From NCBI GenBank assembly GCA_043228905.1, contig JBHGNT010000009.1, positions 620,001 through 684,000 of the forward strand: DNA of 64,000 nt, in the 5' to 3' direction. The notes beneath the pieces were generated by a model that saw nothing but the letters and a program-made list of their open reading frames with translations, had not been told where the DNA came from and made no database searches. A program made the position numbers and the translations under genes. Source of the stretch: Azolla caroliniana. Its lineage: Eukaryota > Plantae > Polypodiophyta. Positions 1 through 13,920 of the stretch are shown here, piece by piece; the stretch's first letter is position 1, and each line of letters opens with the position of its first letter.

Positions 1-524
1 AATTTTAGCACAATTTAAATACTAATTTACACGAATATATAGATAACCAATACACCACTATCAAATGAGAAGGGAGCTCACAACACTAATCATCATCAAC
101 TTAAGTGACAAATACTAATGTCTATAAAGTTAACCAAACCACACCCACACAATGTGCTAATAGACTAGTGTTAACACAACAGATCATGCTAAACAATGTT
201 TACGTACAACACTTATGCCATTCACATATCTACAGATTGGTATCCATCACAGATAGAAAGCAGAACTATTTCTAAATGCGTTGTACAGAAAGAGCATCTT
301 GATGCACAGCAGACACAAGTCGGTGCTTGGTGAAGTACAGTTACAAACAAGGCAAAATCAAGACTAGATTCAAACCCAATAGTTACAAACATACAATGTT
401 CATCAGTCCTTTGCAATGACATTGGCAAAACCAAGATCAGATTCAAACCCTATAGTTACAAATATACAATGTTCGCCAATCCTGTCCAATGACAGAGGCA
501 AAACCGGGACTAGATTAAACACCC

Positions 525-1057
525 AAACATTGCCAATCCAATCAAATGTACATCTCCTGTTGTTAAACACATCCCCATTTTTCCATTCTTTTTTCCAAAT
601 GATCCGAGTTTTAGCTGTTTTAGCTTCAAGGATCTTTTTAAACCTCAAAAGGAAATTGACAACTGCTCAATCCACACATATAATTAGTGAATATGAGGAT
701 TGTTTCCCATATAATTCTTTTGGATAGTACACACTGGCTCTTTTAGGTATTGAATAGAGGTGTGGGAAATTCAAAAAAAAGAAAAACATTGCCAATCCAA
801 TAAAATAAAGTTATCTTGCAAATGTACATCTGTTGTTAAACACATCCCCATCTTTTCCATTCTTTTTCCCTAATCTCAGAGTTTTAGCTGTTTTAGTTTA
901 AAGGCCCTTTTTAACCCTCATTCGGAAATTGACCACAGAACTGCCAAATCCAGACATAATTAGTGAATAAGAGGATTGTTTCCAATATAATTCCTTGGGA
1001 TAGTACATAGTGGCTCTTTTAGGTATTGAATAGGGGTGTGGAAAATTCAAAAAAAAA
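525..1057. repeat. Imperfect tandem duplication, unit about 260-270 bp
   Basis: AAACATTGCCAATCCAA...GTTAAACACATCCCCAT...AAATTCAAAAAAAA occurs twice (about 525-782 and 784-1057). Smaller duplications lie at about 350-475 and at 1105-1180/1220-1295. Confidence 0.85.
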
Positions 1058-1466
1058 TGCAAAGAAATTAATGCACAAAACTGGATTTATATGCCTATGT
1101 CATCATTCAACCAGAACAAAGGCAACCATAGCCCTCAAGAATCGAGTGACAAATAAGCAAGCTTAAATTAGTTACATTGGCAGACCCAAAAAAAGAATGC
1201 AAGGAAATTGATAAGCTAATTCAACCAGAACAAAGGCAACCATAGCCCTCAAGAATCCAGTGACACAAAGTGAGCTTAAATTAGTTACATTGGCATATCA
1301 ATGTGAGCGAGTCATAAATGAAACTGAGGCTCGCTTCAAGAACTCTCATATTTACTCTTAGCAAAAGCATTTTGTCATTCCCTATGCATTGATAAAAGAC
1401 ATTTCAACTGAAAATTGTGAACACTCTTGATAAACCTGCAATCCAGGATAGAATCTTAGGGAGCAA

Positions 1467-2306
<840 letters not shown>

Positions 2307-2445
2307 GACGCTTGCAGGATTAAACTGAGGAGTGAGTGGGTTGAGATTCAAAGGAAGGCAGAGATCCCCTGAGGAGGAGCAGAGGAGCAGAGGAGCAGAG
2401 AAGGAACAGAAGGCAAGGGGACGTGGTGAAGAGTGAGCACTCCGC

Positions 2446-2453
2446 TAGGGTTT
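2446..2453 (-). promoter_or_regulatory. Telo-box (AAACCCTA) upstream of RPL36a
   Basis: TAGGGTTT about 140 nt upstream of the ATG; telo-boxes are typical of plant ribosomal protein promoters. Confidence 0.7.
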
Positions 2454-2491
2454 CCAAACATAACATACATACTTAGTTAGATACATACATA

Positions 2492-2731
2492 CATAGTACG
2501 CAATATACTCGAATGCATTGGCAAGCATTCCTTTTCATACGAATGCCAACGAATGCATTGGCAAACATTCCTTTTCTTATGGTTTTTTTTTACACTTTTT
2601 ACCTTAAAAAAATCTTATAATAAATAATGAATACAAAAGTATGGTATTTACATACTTCGAGGTTGTTAACCATTCCCGAATGATTGAAACATTCGAGACA
2701 TCCCCGTATGGTACGTATGGTTCATACTATG
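2492..2731 (-). mobile_element. hAT-like MITE, copy 1 (CATAGTA...TACTATG termini)
   Basis: Terminal inverted repeat CATAGTA/TACTATG. The body matches the reverse complement of 38729-39001 and 58872-59064 (shared GGTAAATACCATACTTTTG). Flanks gttagata/cttagata. Confidence 0.65.
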
Positions 2732-2889
2732 CTTAGATATATATACATATACATGCATTTATACATATATATATACATACATACATATACATGCATTTAT
2801 ACATATACATACATACATACTTTGCCATTACAAACTCCATGGAATAAGTTATTTAGGGTCTAGGTTCCCCAAAAAATAACTCCCACGGA

Positions 2890-3100
2890 ATCACCGAACC
2901 GAACCGAAACCGCTAAACCAATAAGCCGTTAAACTACTAAACCATGAAATTCAAAACTGAACCGAACCGAAACCAAACCGGATCATAATATTTGAAACCA
3001 AACCAAACCAAACGGTTTATTTATCTTTGAACCAATAACCGTTAAACCATGACTTAACGGTTTGGTTCGGTTTGAGCCGAAACCGTGTGCCCATTGCTAG
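2890..3100. mobile_element. AACCG-repeat DNA transposon end (hAT/MITE-like remnant)
   Basis: Dense AACCG/CGGTT subterminal repeats ending in TGCCCATTGCTA; a similar cluster lies at about 59880-59990. Confidence 0.55.
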
Positions 3101-3135
3101 ATCTCATGATCTTCAATGTGAGACAATGTGCTGGA

Positions 3136-3657
3136 AGGATTGAGAAGACTTATTGATCATGCATGAATATTTTGCCCCAAACAAGTTTTGAGCGTTTGAG
3201 TATCACACAATTTGATATGATGCATGCACTGCACTTTCCTTCAAGCACATTTGAGGTTTCTTTCAACACATTGTCAATCCAATGCAACCATCTATGCCTT
3301 CCACTTAAAGTAACATTGCACACTCTCAATTGAAAAGTTCATTTGTACATTCTCGAGCATTGACAATTACTAATCAATTCCACACCAATTACATGAAAAG
3401 GATCGAGAAGACTTATTGATCATGCATGAATATTTTGCCCCAAACAAGTTTTGAGTGTTTGAGTATCACACAATTTGATATGATGCACCGCACTTCCTTC
3501 AAGCACATTTGAGGTTTCTTTCAACACATTGTCAATCCAATGCAACTATCTATGCCTTCCACTTAAAGTAACATTGCACACTCTCAATTGAAAAGTTCAT
3601 TTGTACATTCTCAAGCATTGACAATTACTAATCAATTCCACACCAATTACATGAAAA
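3136..3657. repeat. Near-perfect tandem duplication, unit about 262 bp
   Basis: AAGGATyGAGAAGACTTATTGATC...CCAATTACATGAAA repeated at 3136-3398 and 3399-3657. Confidence 0.92.
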
Positions 3658-4577
3658 TGATCCAACTTTGGTATTATAATTCTTATTTGGCACAATGAAT
3701 TGTATGTGTGCTACTTCTATACCTCAAGCCATTTGAAAGAGACTCATGCCCTTGATCCATCAATGTCAAGTTCATCATAAGACCCATTACAAGTTTCTCA
3801 CCCTAGTATAGTTTATTTTCTCTCCTTAGAAATTATATCAAGGGTTGTGGAGTCTTGTAGATCCACTCAAATGTATGATTTGTTACACAATACAACTGAG
3901 TGTCTAAATGTGTGGGTTTTGTTGCATTTTTTGGAAAGTGGATTTATTGTTTTGGATAGACTTATCAAGCTAAGTAATTTTATTGAAAAAAATACAGTTG
4001 GCAACTTTGAATTACATTGTACGTTATGGGTTGCCCTCCACAGAAATTGTATCAAACCATGATCAAAATTTCAGCTTCCAGTTTTCGTAAGGGTGTTTGA
4101 AAAAATTACCACAATGTTGTCATCCAATGCATCATCCTATGATAGGATAAGCTGATAACTAAACATAAAATGAAAATATGTTTCATGCACATGTTAATAG
4201 AAAACATCCGTATTAGAAGGATTACTTGCTTCGATAAAAACTCTCACACACACTAATGCAAACAAGTTTGTGCAAGGTTTAGGAATTTCAGAATACTTTA
4301 CAGTTTCCAACATTGCAAAATTCTGAAGTTGTTCCCGCATTATCATAGGCTGTTTCCGATTTTGTAAAATCTTAAGGGTTACTAGACTTACTTTCAACAA
4401 ATAATGCTACTGATGCATTGAATGAAGCTCAAAACAATTCATTTGCTAAACAGACAAGGGTATATAACATCTGCTTATAAGAAGAAGAAAATTACTTCTA
4501 ATGAACTGATTAAACCTTATTCGAAGATGGTCCTCTGTATTATTTATTCCTCGAGATAAGGCTTTGGCTGCATCAAT

Positions 4578-7127
4578 CTAGATAGTTGATAGGACCTCCC
4601 TGAGGTGAGAGGTTTCTGCCATAACATCAGCTCTGTCAAACAAAGCAGATACCACCGCTACCCCACATAAATTTGGCGGTCGTGTTGCAAAGATGTCTTT
4701 CACATTTGAAGCATTTATACCACCAATGGCTACTACTGGTACAGGGCTACCTTCACACACAATATGCAATCCTTGTATTCCAAGAGTCAGATTGTTCTTC
4801 TTTGTAGTGGTGGGATATACACCTCCACAGCCAATATAGTCAGCCCCATCTTGGAATGCTCTTTGTGCTTGCTCTATCGTCTTACATGATGTTCCAATGA
4901 TTTTATGTGGACCTAGGATGGCCCTCGCTCGACTCACAGGAATATCCTGTTGTCCAAGATGAACTCCATCTGCATCACATGCTATTGCTATGTCCAATCT
5001 ATCATTGATCACAATGGGAATCCCATTCTTTCGAGCCAATGTAACACAAGATACTGCTTCCTTCCATGGTTATCAGAAAAAATCAGCAGTTAGACAGGCA
5101 GGGAACATAAAACTAGAAGCAACATCTCTAACTCCCAATTACACACAAAAACATATACATATGCTACCTCAAGAAATGCTTTAGCCTCTATTTCCTTTTC
5201 CCTGCAGATCAAGTCCAAAAATGAGGAGTTATGAAACTAGAGTTTCATACAACTTCCGTTTCTTCTGAATGTAAAACAAACTGAAACTCAATAAACCTTA
5301 GTTGCACGATGGTTGCTCCACCCTCAATGGCCGCTTTAACCGCATCATACATGGACCTTTGCCATCGTTTATTCATGCTTGAGTCAGTGATAGCATAAAG
5401 CAGCAGGTCAGTGGACTTGAAATGTGGAGCAACTTGTTTGCTCCAGTCAGTAACCTTGAACAGGTGATTTAGGGGACCACTTTTGCCCTTCCCAATCTCT
5501 AGGTTTTTACTTCTTTCTAATGCCTCCACAACATACTGCTTTGCAGTCTGGATCAAACAAAATATGCTAGTACTTGAGGAATATTCAATAAATGAATAAA
5601 CAGGAGGCCCCAGAGATTGTGGGTGACAAACCTGCACAGCCTTGAGCATATCGGCACCTTTTGCCATTTCAGCTGCTATGGCAGAAGCTAAAGTGCAACC
5701 AGTTCCATGGCTGTTTCCCGTCTCCACACGGTTTCCGTGCAGGACATGAAAAGTCTGACCTGGTTGCATAATTTGCAGCTATATGAGTCATATACAGTGA
5801 GAGGATTCAGCCCACATCTTTAGCAGCCTATATAGCAGCAATTCAAAAATTGCATTATCTCTAATTTCCCGAGATATTATTAGATGTTTATGTTGGTTAT
5901 TGCCAATACCATCATATAATACATCGATCGCATCGTCAGATCCCGGAAGATGGCCCCCTTTAATCAGTACGTAACTACATCCAAAATTAAAATAATTAAG
6001 GTTCAGTTTTTGGTTGATTCCTGCATGGCACTTGAACTAATCCAACTGTTTCTTTCCTTTAACTGAATTAACCCTCGAAAAATACCATGCCAAATAAAAA
6101 AATTCTCACCGAGGACCGTGTGCTTTTATAATTTTTGCAGCTTCATGCATGCCTGACACCGTATCAATGGTTTCTCTGCCGCAAAGGATTGATGCTTCTG
6201 GCAGATTTGGAGTCACGATATCTGCCATTGGCAAAAGATCCTTACTGCATTTTTGAAGATAATCAGAAAACCCTGGCCAACATCCACATTGTTTCTCCGA
6301 GAAATAGAGTCTTTCAAAGGAAGATACCACAATGTTTCAAGTATTTCACGGCCAGCCAACATATCACCACTAGTAGCAACCATCACTGGATCGACAACTA
6401 TACCTGAACAGAAAAACCATTGCAGCTATTAACCATATAATTCTGATTCATTAATGGCATACACATGTCCAGATACCCACGGACCTTGAACTGGATGTGC
6501 TCTGAGCTTACGGCATAAAGCGCCAATTGTTTGAGGTGAAGGCAGCATTCCCGTCTTGACCTGCAGGACATTAGGTGTAACAAACTCTGTTTTTTTCTTC
6601 AGCGCAAATTACATCGACCTGAATCATGCCTGTAAAAAAAGACAAGAGGGAGGGAGAGATATGGCCATGAATTTACCACATCCACATGCATGTCCGATAA
6701 TACAGATTCCAACTGCATAGAGAAGATATCCTCAGGGACTACATGAATGCCCTGAGAAGAAAAGAATCCACAGCGGTTGCTGCTAGGTCAAGGGGGGGGT
6801 GGAATCCAATCAAGTGTAACTAGAAAGGGTGTAAACTTAAAGAGTGAATGTTGGTTGGACCTGCACTCCGCAAGTGTTCTGGGCGGTGACTGCGGTGATG
6901 GCAGTAGAGCAGAAGACACCGAGGGCAGCACAGGTTTTCATGTCCGCTTGGATTCCAGCGCCTGCGCCGGAGTCGGAACCAGCCACGCTGAGGACGTGGG
7001 GAGGAAGCAGCCGCGGGAACCGCAATTCTGTAGTAGCAATCTGCTGCTGCTGCTGCTGCTTCTGGGCGCAGTCTACTCTCAGGGAACTCAGACGAGAAGC
7101 CATGGCCCTGTTGACGAGCAGCGCCAT
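4578..7127 (-). CDS. TH1: Thiamine biosynthetic bifunctional enzyme (HMP-P kinase ThiD + TMP synthase ThiE), probably plastid-targeted, about 529 aa, 10 exons
   Basis: Exons 6861-7127, 6677-6751, 6485-6560, 6328-6403, 6110-6244, 5910-5974, 5632-5759, 5297-5547, 5168-5201, 4578-5060, in frame and GT-AG. ThiD motifs [48 protein letters not shown]; ThiE motifs [23 protein letters not shown]. Confidence 0.96.
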
Positions 7128-9188
7128 TACTGGATGGATGGATGGATAGACCCTGCTTGTTACCTGTAGTAACTCTGCTGCTCTGCTTCCATCGCCATAG
7201 CCAAAAGGGAAAGAAAGACAGAAAGAAAGCAGGGCAGCACTGTATATACATACATACCTGCACTCAATTATTGGGGCCCGTCAGTCAGTCCGTCAGTCCG
7301 CCGTCAGTCAGTCCGTCAGTCAGTCAGTCAAGGTGGGGGCTTGTACCCACGAGAGCTTCCAATTGAACCTACTTACCTACCTACATTAGAAGGAGACATA
7401 CAAAGCTTAGTTAGTCAAATAAGTGTGGAGGTGTTTTTCCCACATGAGCCTCTACTAGCTAGCCTTATTTATTTATTGGCCATCCAAAGAGACCCATCCA
7501 TCATTCTCTTTGTGAGAGATTTTATATTGGCAAGTGTTGATGTTGTTATGGAGCGAAATCGTTTAACATCGCATATATGTATAGGGGAGGAACATAGCAT
7601 GTGCTCCTTAGTGTTTATTACTTTACCCAAGGCTTGAGATAGGGGGTATGTACGCCATTTGAAGCTCTATCTAATGGTTGCAAGGATAACATGGCGGGGA
7701 GGAACTCTTGGTCGCTATTATTCATGGTGCTTTCTTGGCCCATTAAGTGAGTTGTGCAGTGCCACAAAGATGGATACTTCATGTTAAGGGGTGATGTTTC
7801 CTTCCTAGTTTACACATAATGCACGCATTGTATGTAGCCTTTCGGTAATGTAAACATAAATTAGACGACCAACATATGCCAAAGTGGGATGCCACTTCTA
7901 CTTGATGATACAAATGAAGATAGGTGGCATTCAACTCAACCTTCCCATCAATTTCTAGATATATTATGTCTTCCACGCAATGCTCTTGCAATCTTAAATT
8001 GCAGACTCGGTCCCTAATCACCAACATGTGAGACCCCAAACAATGGAACTCAATGACCATGAAGTTGATGAACTCTTAGATTCAAACAGGTCAAATGACA
8101 AACTTTGTTATCCAATATCGTGAAAGCTTATTTGTTGAGAGAACCCACTTGGTATTCGTCCAAGCATCTTGGCAATGCAAACAATGTTATTCAAGAGTTC
8201 TATTGCTAATATTTGAACAAGGTTGTTCCCTCCTAGAAGTCATACCTAGATGAGAAGGTGAGGTCATTTCCATTGAGTCTTGTAAGGTTGAATGCTCATA
8301 GGTAAGGTTGTAAGGTTCAATATCAAAAGGATCTTCGTGGGGAAGCATATGTGTGTGTGTCAAGTGTGTTGGATATAATGTATGTTTTTTTTTATTCTAT
8401 AGAAATGGTCAAGTATTACATGATGATAATAAAACATATTGTTAAACAAGGTACAACATGAGATGCCAATTGGACTAAAAATGAATAGGAGTTTGTAGTA
8501 GACTATGTTGAACATTTCTCTTTTATTTTCTCCATCTTAGTCAATATTGATATTCTTATTCAGATTTTTTGGCATCTGCAATATCCTCCAACCAAGGATC
8601 AAGCAATTTGAAGATTAAAGCTAAACTATCAAATTGGAATTTATTGTCTTGTCCTTTACATACATACATACAGTGATGATGATACACACACACACACACA
8701 CACAACGATAGCATACACTTATATTCCATTTTTCCAATCATTGATTGGTTGGAAAGCATAATTGGGAGAACGTTATACCCCATATCATGAACATATTTGG
8801 CAAACTAAATATGATTAGAAAGACATTGCCTTTGCGCACGAGTGCGCGTGTGTATATAGTATTTTTATATGTTGAGCATGAATGTAAGTTGACAATCTTG
8901 ATCATGTCCATGCTAAGAAAGTGACGTTACACAATGGTTTGTGGCTCCAAAATAACCCTTTCATTGTGTTCTAGTCCAACATCAATGTGAATTACCGTAG
9001 AAAGAAAGCGATGGAACATCCAAACTAGATACAAGGGGACAAACAAACAAAGACACTTTCATAAGGCTTGAAAGTCTCCCTAAGAATGTTGTTTCACAAT
9101 ACTCATTCATGATATTTGAATATGTCAAGGCTTATTTTTTGCTTTACAAATGCATATACCGTATGTATTCATAAACAAAGTAATATAT

Positions 9189-10302
9189 TGTGAAATGCAC
9201 ATAAGAGATCAAAACCAACCTAGTTAGCTTCTTACTTCTTACTCAATTTATAGTTGATACAAAGGTACCCATTTGGGTTGTCTTAGCTAAAAAGGGTGTG
9301 CTAACAGGGTGGTTTGCCTTACTAGGTACATGTATCCTAAAAAGGGTGTGCTAAAAGGGTGGCACAAAGGAACACATGCACACCACATTCCCCCCCTATG
9401 AGAAACAAGACACTGAGGAGCAGGAATAGGAATATGAGCAGTCACTTGTCGAAGGAGGGGGAGCATCTGTTGGAGATAGAGCTCCCAAGTGGCACTATCC
9501 ATGTTGGCAGGTTTCGAATGGACATCAATGGACGATTCTTGTGGGAGGTGAGGGTTACACCCATAAAGTGCTCGAAAATGGTTGATTCGTGTCGACGCTT
9601 GTACAGATGTATTGTAGGTGTGGGTGACGAAAGGCAATATTTTATCCCAGTTTTTGTTACATGGTTCGATGTAAGCAGCAATTTCCTTCATGAGGGTCTT
9701 GTTGAGGCGTCTGGTGAGGCCATTTGTCTGAGGATAGTATGAGGACGTAAACACCTGTTGGACACCTAGTTGAGCTAGAAAGACGTTGAGGACATCCCCG
9801 TGGAACTGGCAACCCTGATAAGATAATAGTTGGATAAGACTAGTGACGGAAAATGAGCTAGCAATTGGCGGATAGAGATCAATCCCTCCTGTGGACTGAG
9901 GGCCACCTGGACATGGCTAATGTGGGGGACAGGAGGGATATAGGCGGATAGAGATCAATCACTCATGTGGACTGAGGGCCACATGGACTTAGCTGAGGTG
10001 GGGGATAGGAGGGCTATCGTGTCGGAGGGGGATCAGGGAAAGATCAATTGGCAGAGAAAGATCATCAATCGCTCCAGTGGATTGAGGGCCACCTGAACTT
10101 GGTTGAGGTGGGGGACATGAGGGTTATCGTGTAGGAGGGGGATCAGAGAAACTCGTGGGACAAGAAGTTAGTGGGCAACCTAAGGTGAGGGGGAAGAGGT
10201 GGATGCTTGGACGTGGGGGACTGGTACCCCGATTCTCCACCAATATGTGAAATGCACATAAGAGATCAAAACCAACCTAGTTAGCTTCTTACTTCTTACT
10301 CA
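9189..10302 (-). mobile_element. Internally deleted Ty3/Gypsy LTR retrotransposon
   Basis: 3' LTR 9189-9387 (TG...CA on minus) preceded by PPT AGGGGGGGAA. A 56-bp 5' LTR remnant at 10246-10302 is followed by PBS TGGTGGAGAATCGGGG (10227-10242). Integrase fragment YPQTNGLTRRLNKTL...NWDKILPFVTHTYNTSVQAST at about 9450-9830; imperfect tandem repeats at about 9865-10150. Confidence 0.8.
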
Positions 10303-11789
10303 GTATAAAGGCATGGCCTGCTTATGCGTAGCAAAAAACCTCGTGACTTGAGATTCAACAACTTATATTGACCGTTAACCCTTTTGCCTTCCTACTAAAA
10401 CGCAAGTTGAGAATTGACATCTCTTTTCAACTCCAAGTTTACCTCCTGTAATTTCATTGACTAAATATTTTGCATAGCATTGCGACATGAACTATGATTG
10501 GATACATGTTTTATGATGTGCAATATATGCACTCCAATTTATTGTTTTTGGGAAAATTACGAAGACAATCAAGGGGGTTTGAAGAATTCATTCACAATGG
10601 CTTGTTTGAATGTTGTTTGTTGGTCTTACAAGTTACAATAAAAAACCATAAACTTCCTTTGGTCACTCGTATGCATTATGTATGTACAAGTTTATGGAAC
10701 CCGTTCTCATCCACTCTATATTTCTCCTTGCATTATACTTTTCTTCTGGCAATTTACCAATTGTTCATCGGTTCCAAAACTTCTTACTGGCTCTTTGATT
10801 TTCTAACCTTAGAACCTCGAGCTTTTTTCTGTCATTTTTTCATGGGTTTTTGTGACATGTTTTTGTTGTTGGTTTTTACTTCACTTTGAGGTTTCCCACT
10901 CGTAATATTACGCAATTACTAAAAATTGATTGTGTTTGAACTCATAAACATTTTAAAACATTGCAGAAACATATAAGCACAAAAAGAGAAGTTGATTATG
11001 TTGGAAAACTAAATGCAATGCATTGAATGAAAGACCTACAAAACTTAGGAAGGTTCAAATATAAGACTCTCATGTCAAAAGGAGGTCTCCAAATACTCAT
11101 TAAATTACTTTCATGTGTGAAATAGATATGTGTGTAATAAGGACATAATTGTCATGCACCAAAACTAAGAGAGAGTGAGAGAAGGGTTAGAAATGTATCA
11201 ACCTACACTTGTGGCATCTAGTATGATGAGCGGAGAATTTAGACTTGAACTTAGTGACATAACATGTAGTGTAGGTAATTAGTTGCAACAACTCACTATA
11301 TGAGTATAATAGTTGATTATGATAGGAATGAGGTGGATGAGAAAATTACAGTAGGTTTAAAGATGGTATAAATGATTAAAAACTTGTGGAAAGTTATGTA
11401 ATCACTAAGTCCATACCAAACATCATGAAGAAAGTGAAGATAGTATGGTTTGTGTTAGAGATGAGAGAAAAAAGAGTTAGGGATTTGAGGGGGGCGAAGA
11501 GGTGGTGGAGGAGGTTCCTGATTTGAGATTTTGGATAGTATTAGAGAAGGATCGTGCAAGATTACTAACAATGGCTGCCTTAATTTGTCCACCACGACGA
11601 GGGAGAGGCCTTAGACACCGTCTAGATGAAGTTGATGCCCAGACTTCTTGTGTGGATTGTCTCTTGTCTCCATATAAGCAACCAGGGTTAGACATTGCAT
11701 GAACAAATAAGCAAACAAGTACATATGTGGTTTAATTGCAATTTGGTAGTAAGAAATTTATGAGCCTTCGGCTTTATATGAAAATTGAA

Positions 11790-13040
11790 GCATATTCCCA
11801 TGGAATAAGTAGTTTATATATTGCATTTGGGCTTCCACTTTTTTTCCCCACTATCTCTCAAAAAGTTGTGATGACTCGAAGCTTCCCACTTTTGAAAAAT
11901 GTACAAAGTACAAGACACCTTTCTTTAGCTTTACCTTTAAATCCCAACCACATAGTCAGTGTCTACTTATAAATGATCATTTTCTCGGTCTATTCCAATC
12001 CTTGATGTTTCTCTTACCTATACCTAGCCATCATTGCATAAATATTTATTCATGTTTATACCTTCAAGCTGAGCTCATTTCCTTTCTAAAATGTCGATGT
12101 ATCAAGTGCATACACACAAATGATAAATGATCATTTTCTCGGTCTATTCCAATCCTTGATGTTTCTCTTACCTATACCTAGCCATCATTGCATAAATATT
12201 TATTCATGTTTATACCTTCAAGCTGAGCTCATTTCCTTTCTAAAATGTTGATGTATCAAGTGCATACACACAAATGATATTATTAATATTGCTATATTAA
12301 ACAGTGAACACGGTGTCCTTTGGATGGATAAGGATCATAAACTTATTATCCATCACCACGTCAACTAAAAGTTTGTGCAATTTTCTTGTATGGATCAAAG
12401 TGCTACAAAGATCTAGTTTCAACATAATTTATGTTGCATATCTTCATTTCATCATGATTGATATTACACTTTCTTTTCATATCAACCACGCACTAGCAAT
12501 TGACTAGGGCTTTTTTCTTTTATTTATTTATTAAAGACTCCTATCTAATTGATTCTCCATAGAATCAATGTTTGTAAGCCTTGTACTTCATATGTCTTTG
12601 TAGCCTACTTAAACTCACACATCCAAAGATATTTCATGAATTAGATGTACACTTTCCATTTCACACCATGCGTATTGCCCTTTAAATGGTACCTTGGTTT
12701 ACATGTAACACTAGTGAATAAGAAATGAATTAAAGGAGTCTTCAATCGTATGCGCCCCGTAAGTTGATAAGATAGGAAGGAGAAAAGCCAAGTATCACGA
12801 CATGCAATGAAAATGAGCATTTATAATAAATAGGCACTCCCTATGTCCTTAGGGAATTTTAAGGTTTAGATCTAGTCGTAATTGATCTTAATAAGATAAA
12901 GAAAGGTGTTATGCACTTAAAGCGATTTTCAAAAGTGGGCAGCTTCGAGTTGTCGCAAAACTTTGAGAGATTAAGAGAGTTAAAAGTGAGACCTCAAATG
13001 CAATATATAGGCTATTTATTCTATAGGAAAATGTTATATA
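11790..13040. mobile_element. Non-autonomous DNA transposon with about 110-bp degenerate TIRs (Mutator-like)
   Basis: 11790-11900 (TATATATTGCATTTG...CTCGAAGCTTCCCACTTTTGAAAA) is an imperfect inverted repeat of 12925-13040 (TTTTCAAAAGTGGGCAGCTTCGAG...CAAATGCAATATATA). No coding capacity; TSD not resolved. Confidence 0.55.
11969..12278. repeat. Tandem duplication, 154-bp unit
   Basis: TAAATGATCATTTTCTCGG...CACACAAATGATA twice, with one visible mismatch (GTCG/GTTG). Confidence 0.93.
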
Positions 13041-13549
13041 TATTATACCCCATATAATTGAGTTGTTACGACTAGTCACATTACATTGCGTTTTATATCA
13101 CTATGTTCACAACTAAAAGTCCCCACTCATCATACTCGATGCCACTAGTGTGGATTGGTACATTTCTAAGCCTTGTATGCGTGTGTATGTGTTGATGCAT
13201 GCCAATAATGTCACCATTATACCAACTATTTCACATGTCCGTAATTTTCTAAGTATTTTTATTTAAGTTAGACTACATTTTCGATCATGAGAGTTGTATA
13301 TTTGAGTCTTTGTAGGTTTTGTAAGTCTTTCATTCAATGCATTGCATTTAGTTTCCAACATATGAGCTTCTCTTTTTGTGCACCTACACTCTAGATAGCT
13401 TGATCTTCCTTTTTGTGGGCTCCTTTTGCAAGACCAAAGGTTAAGGCTCAACTCCACTCACCCATTAATACATAAATAGCTAAAACATGTTGCATTGGAG
13501 CACAATATGAAAGAGACTTTAAACATTCTAACAAAATATTGCTTACAAT

Positions 13550-13920
13550 TTTATTTTATTTTTCCAAAATAAAGCTACTTTCCCATTAGTTAGGAAGGAT
13601 TATTACAAGGAGACTATACAAGGAAGCTTATACACAAAACGGGGAGTCTCCCTCAGATTAAGATCAAGAAAATGAGACTACTTACATAGTTTTTCAAACC
13701 AACTACCTAAAGTAAGTAGATACCTATACCTAAAAGCAATGGCCTTTAGTGTTGGCCAGAATGAGCCGACTCCCGGGGCCTACATCGAAGGGAGGGAGGC
13801 GTGAAAGAAGGAAACAACCATCGTGGGGGTTGGTAGTTCCACCTCGGGTCCACTTTCTCCTAGCATCATCGTAGGCGTGTTCCGCCATTTCTGCCAACAT
13901 AACGATAATCAAAGAGTTTT
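13550..13920 (-). mobile_element. LINE 3' end fragment
   Basis: T-rich tail on plus followed by CCATTAGTT, the same terminal motif as the LINE at 60560-62645; 5'-truncated. Confidence 0.45.

Noticed and set aside
4000-4577. TPP riboswitch in the 3' UTR of the thiamine gene
   Set aside because: Plant TPP riboswitches are known from THIC/THI1. I saw no CTGAGA...ACCTGA...AATGC core downstream of TH1; a covariance-model scan (RF00059) would be definitive.
9865-10150. CRISPR-like repeat array
   Set aside because: Eukaryotic context with imperfect head-to-tail repeats inside a Gypsy remnant; no unique spacers or cas genes.
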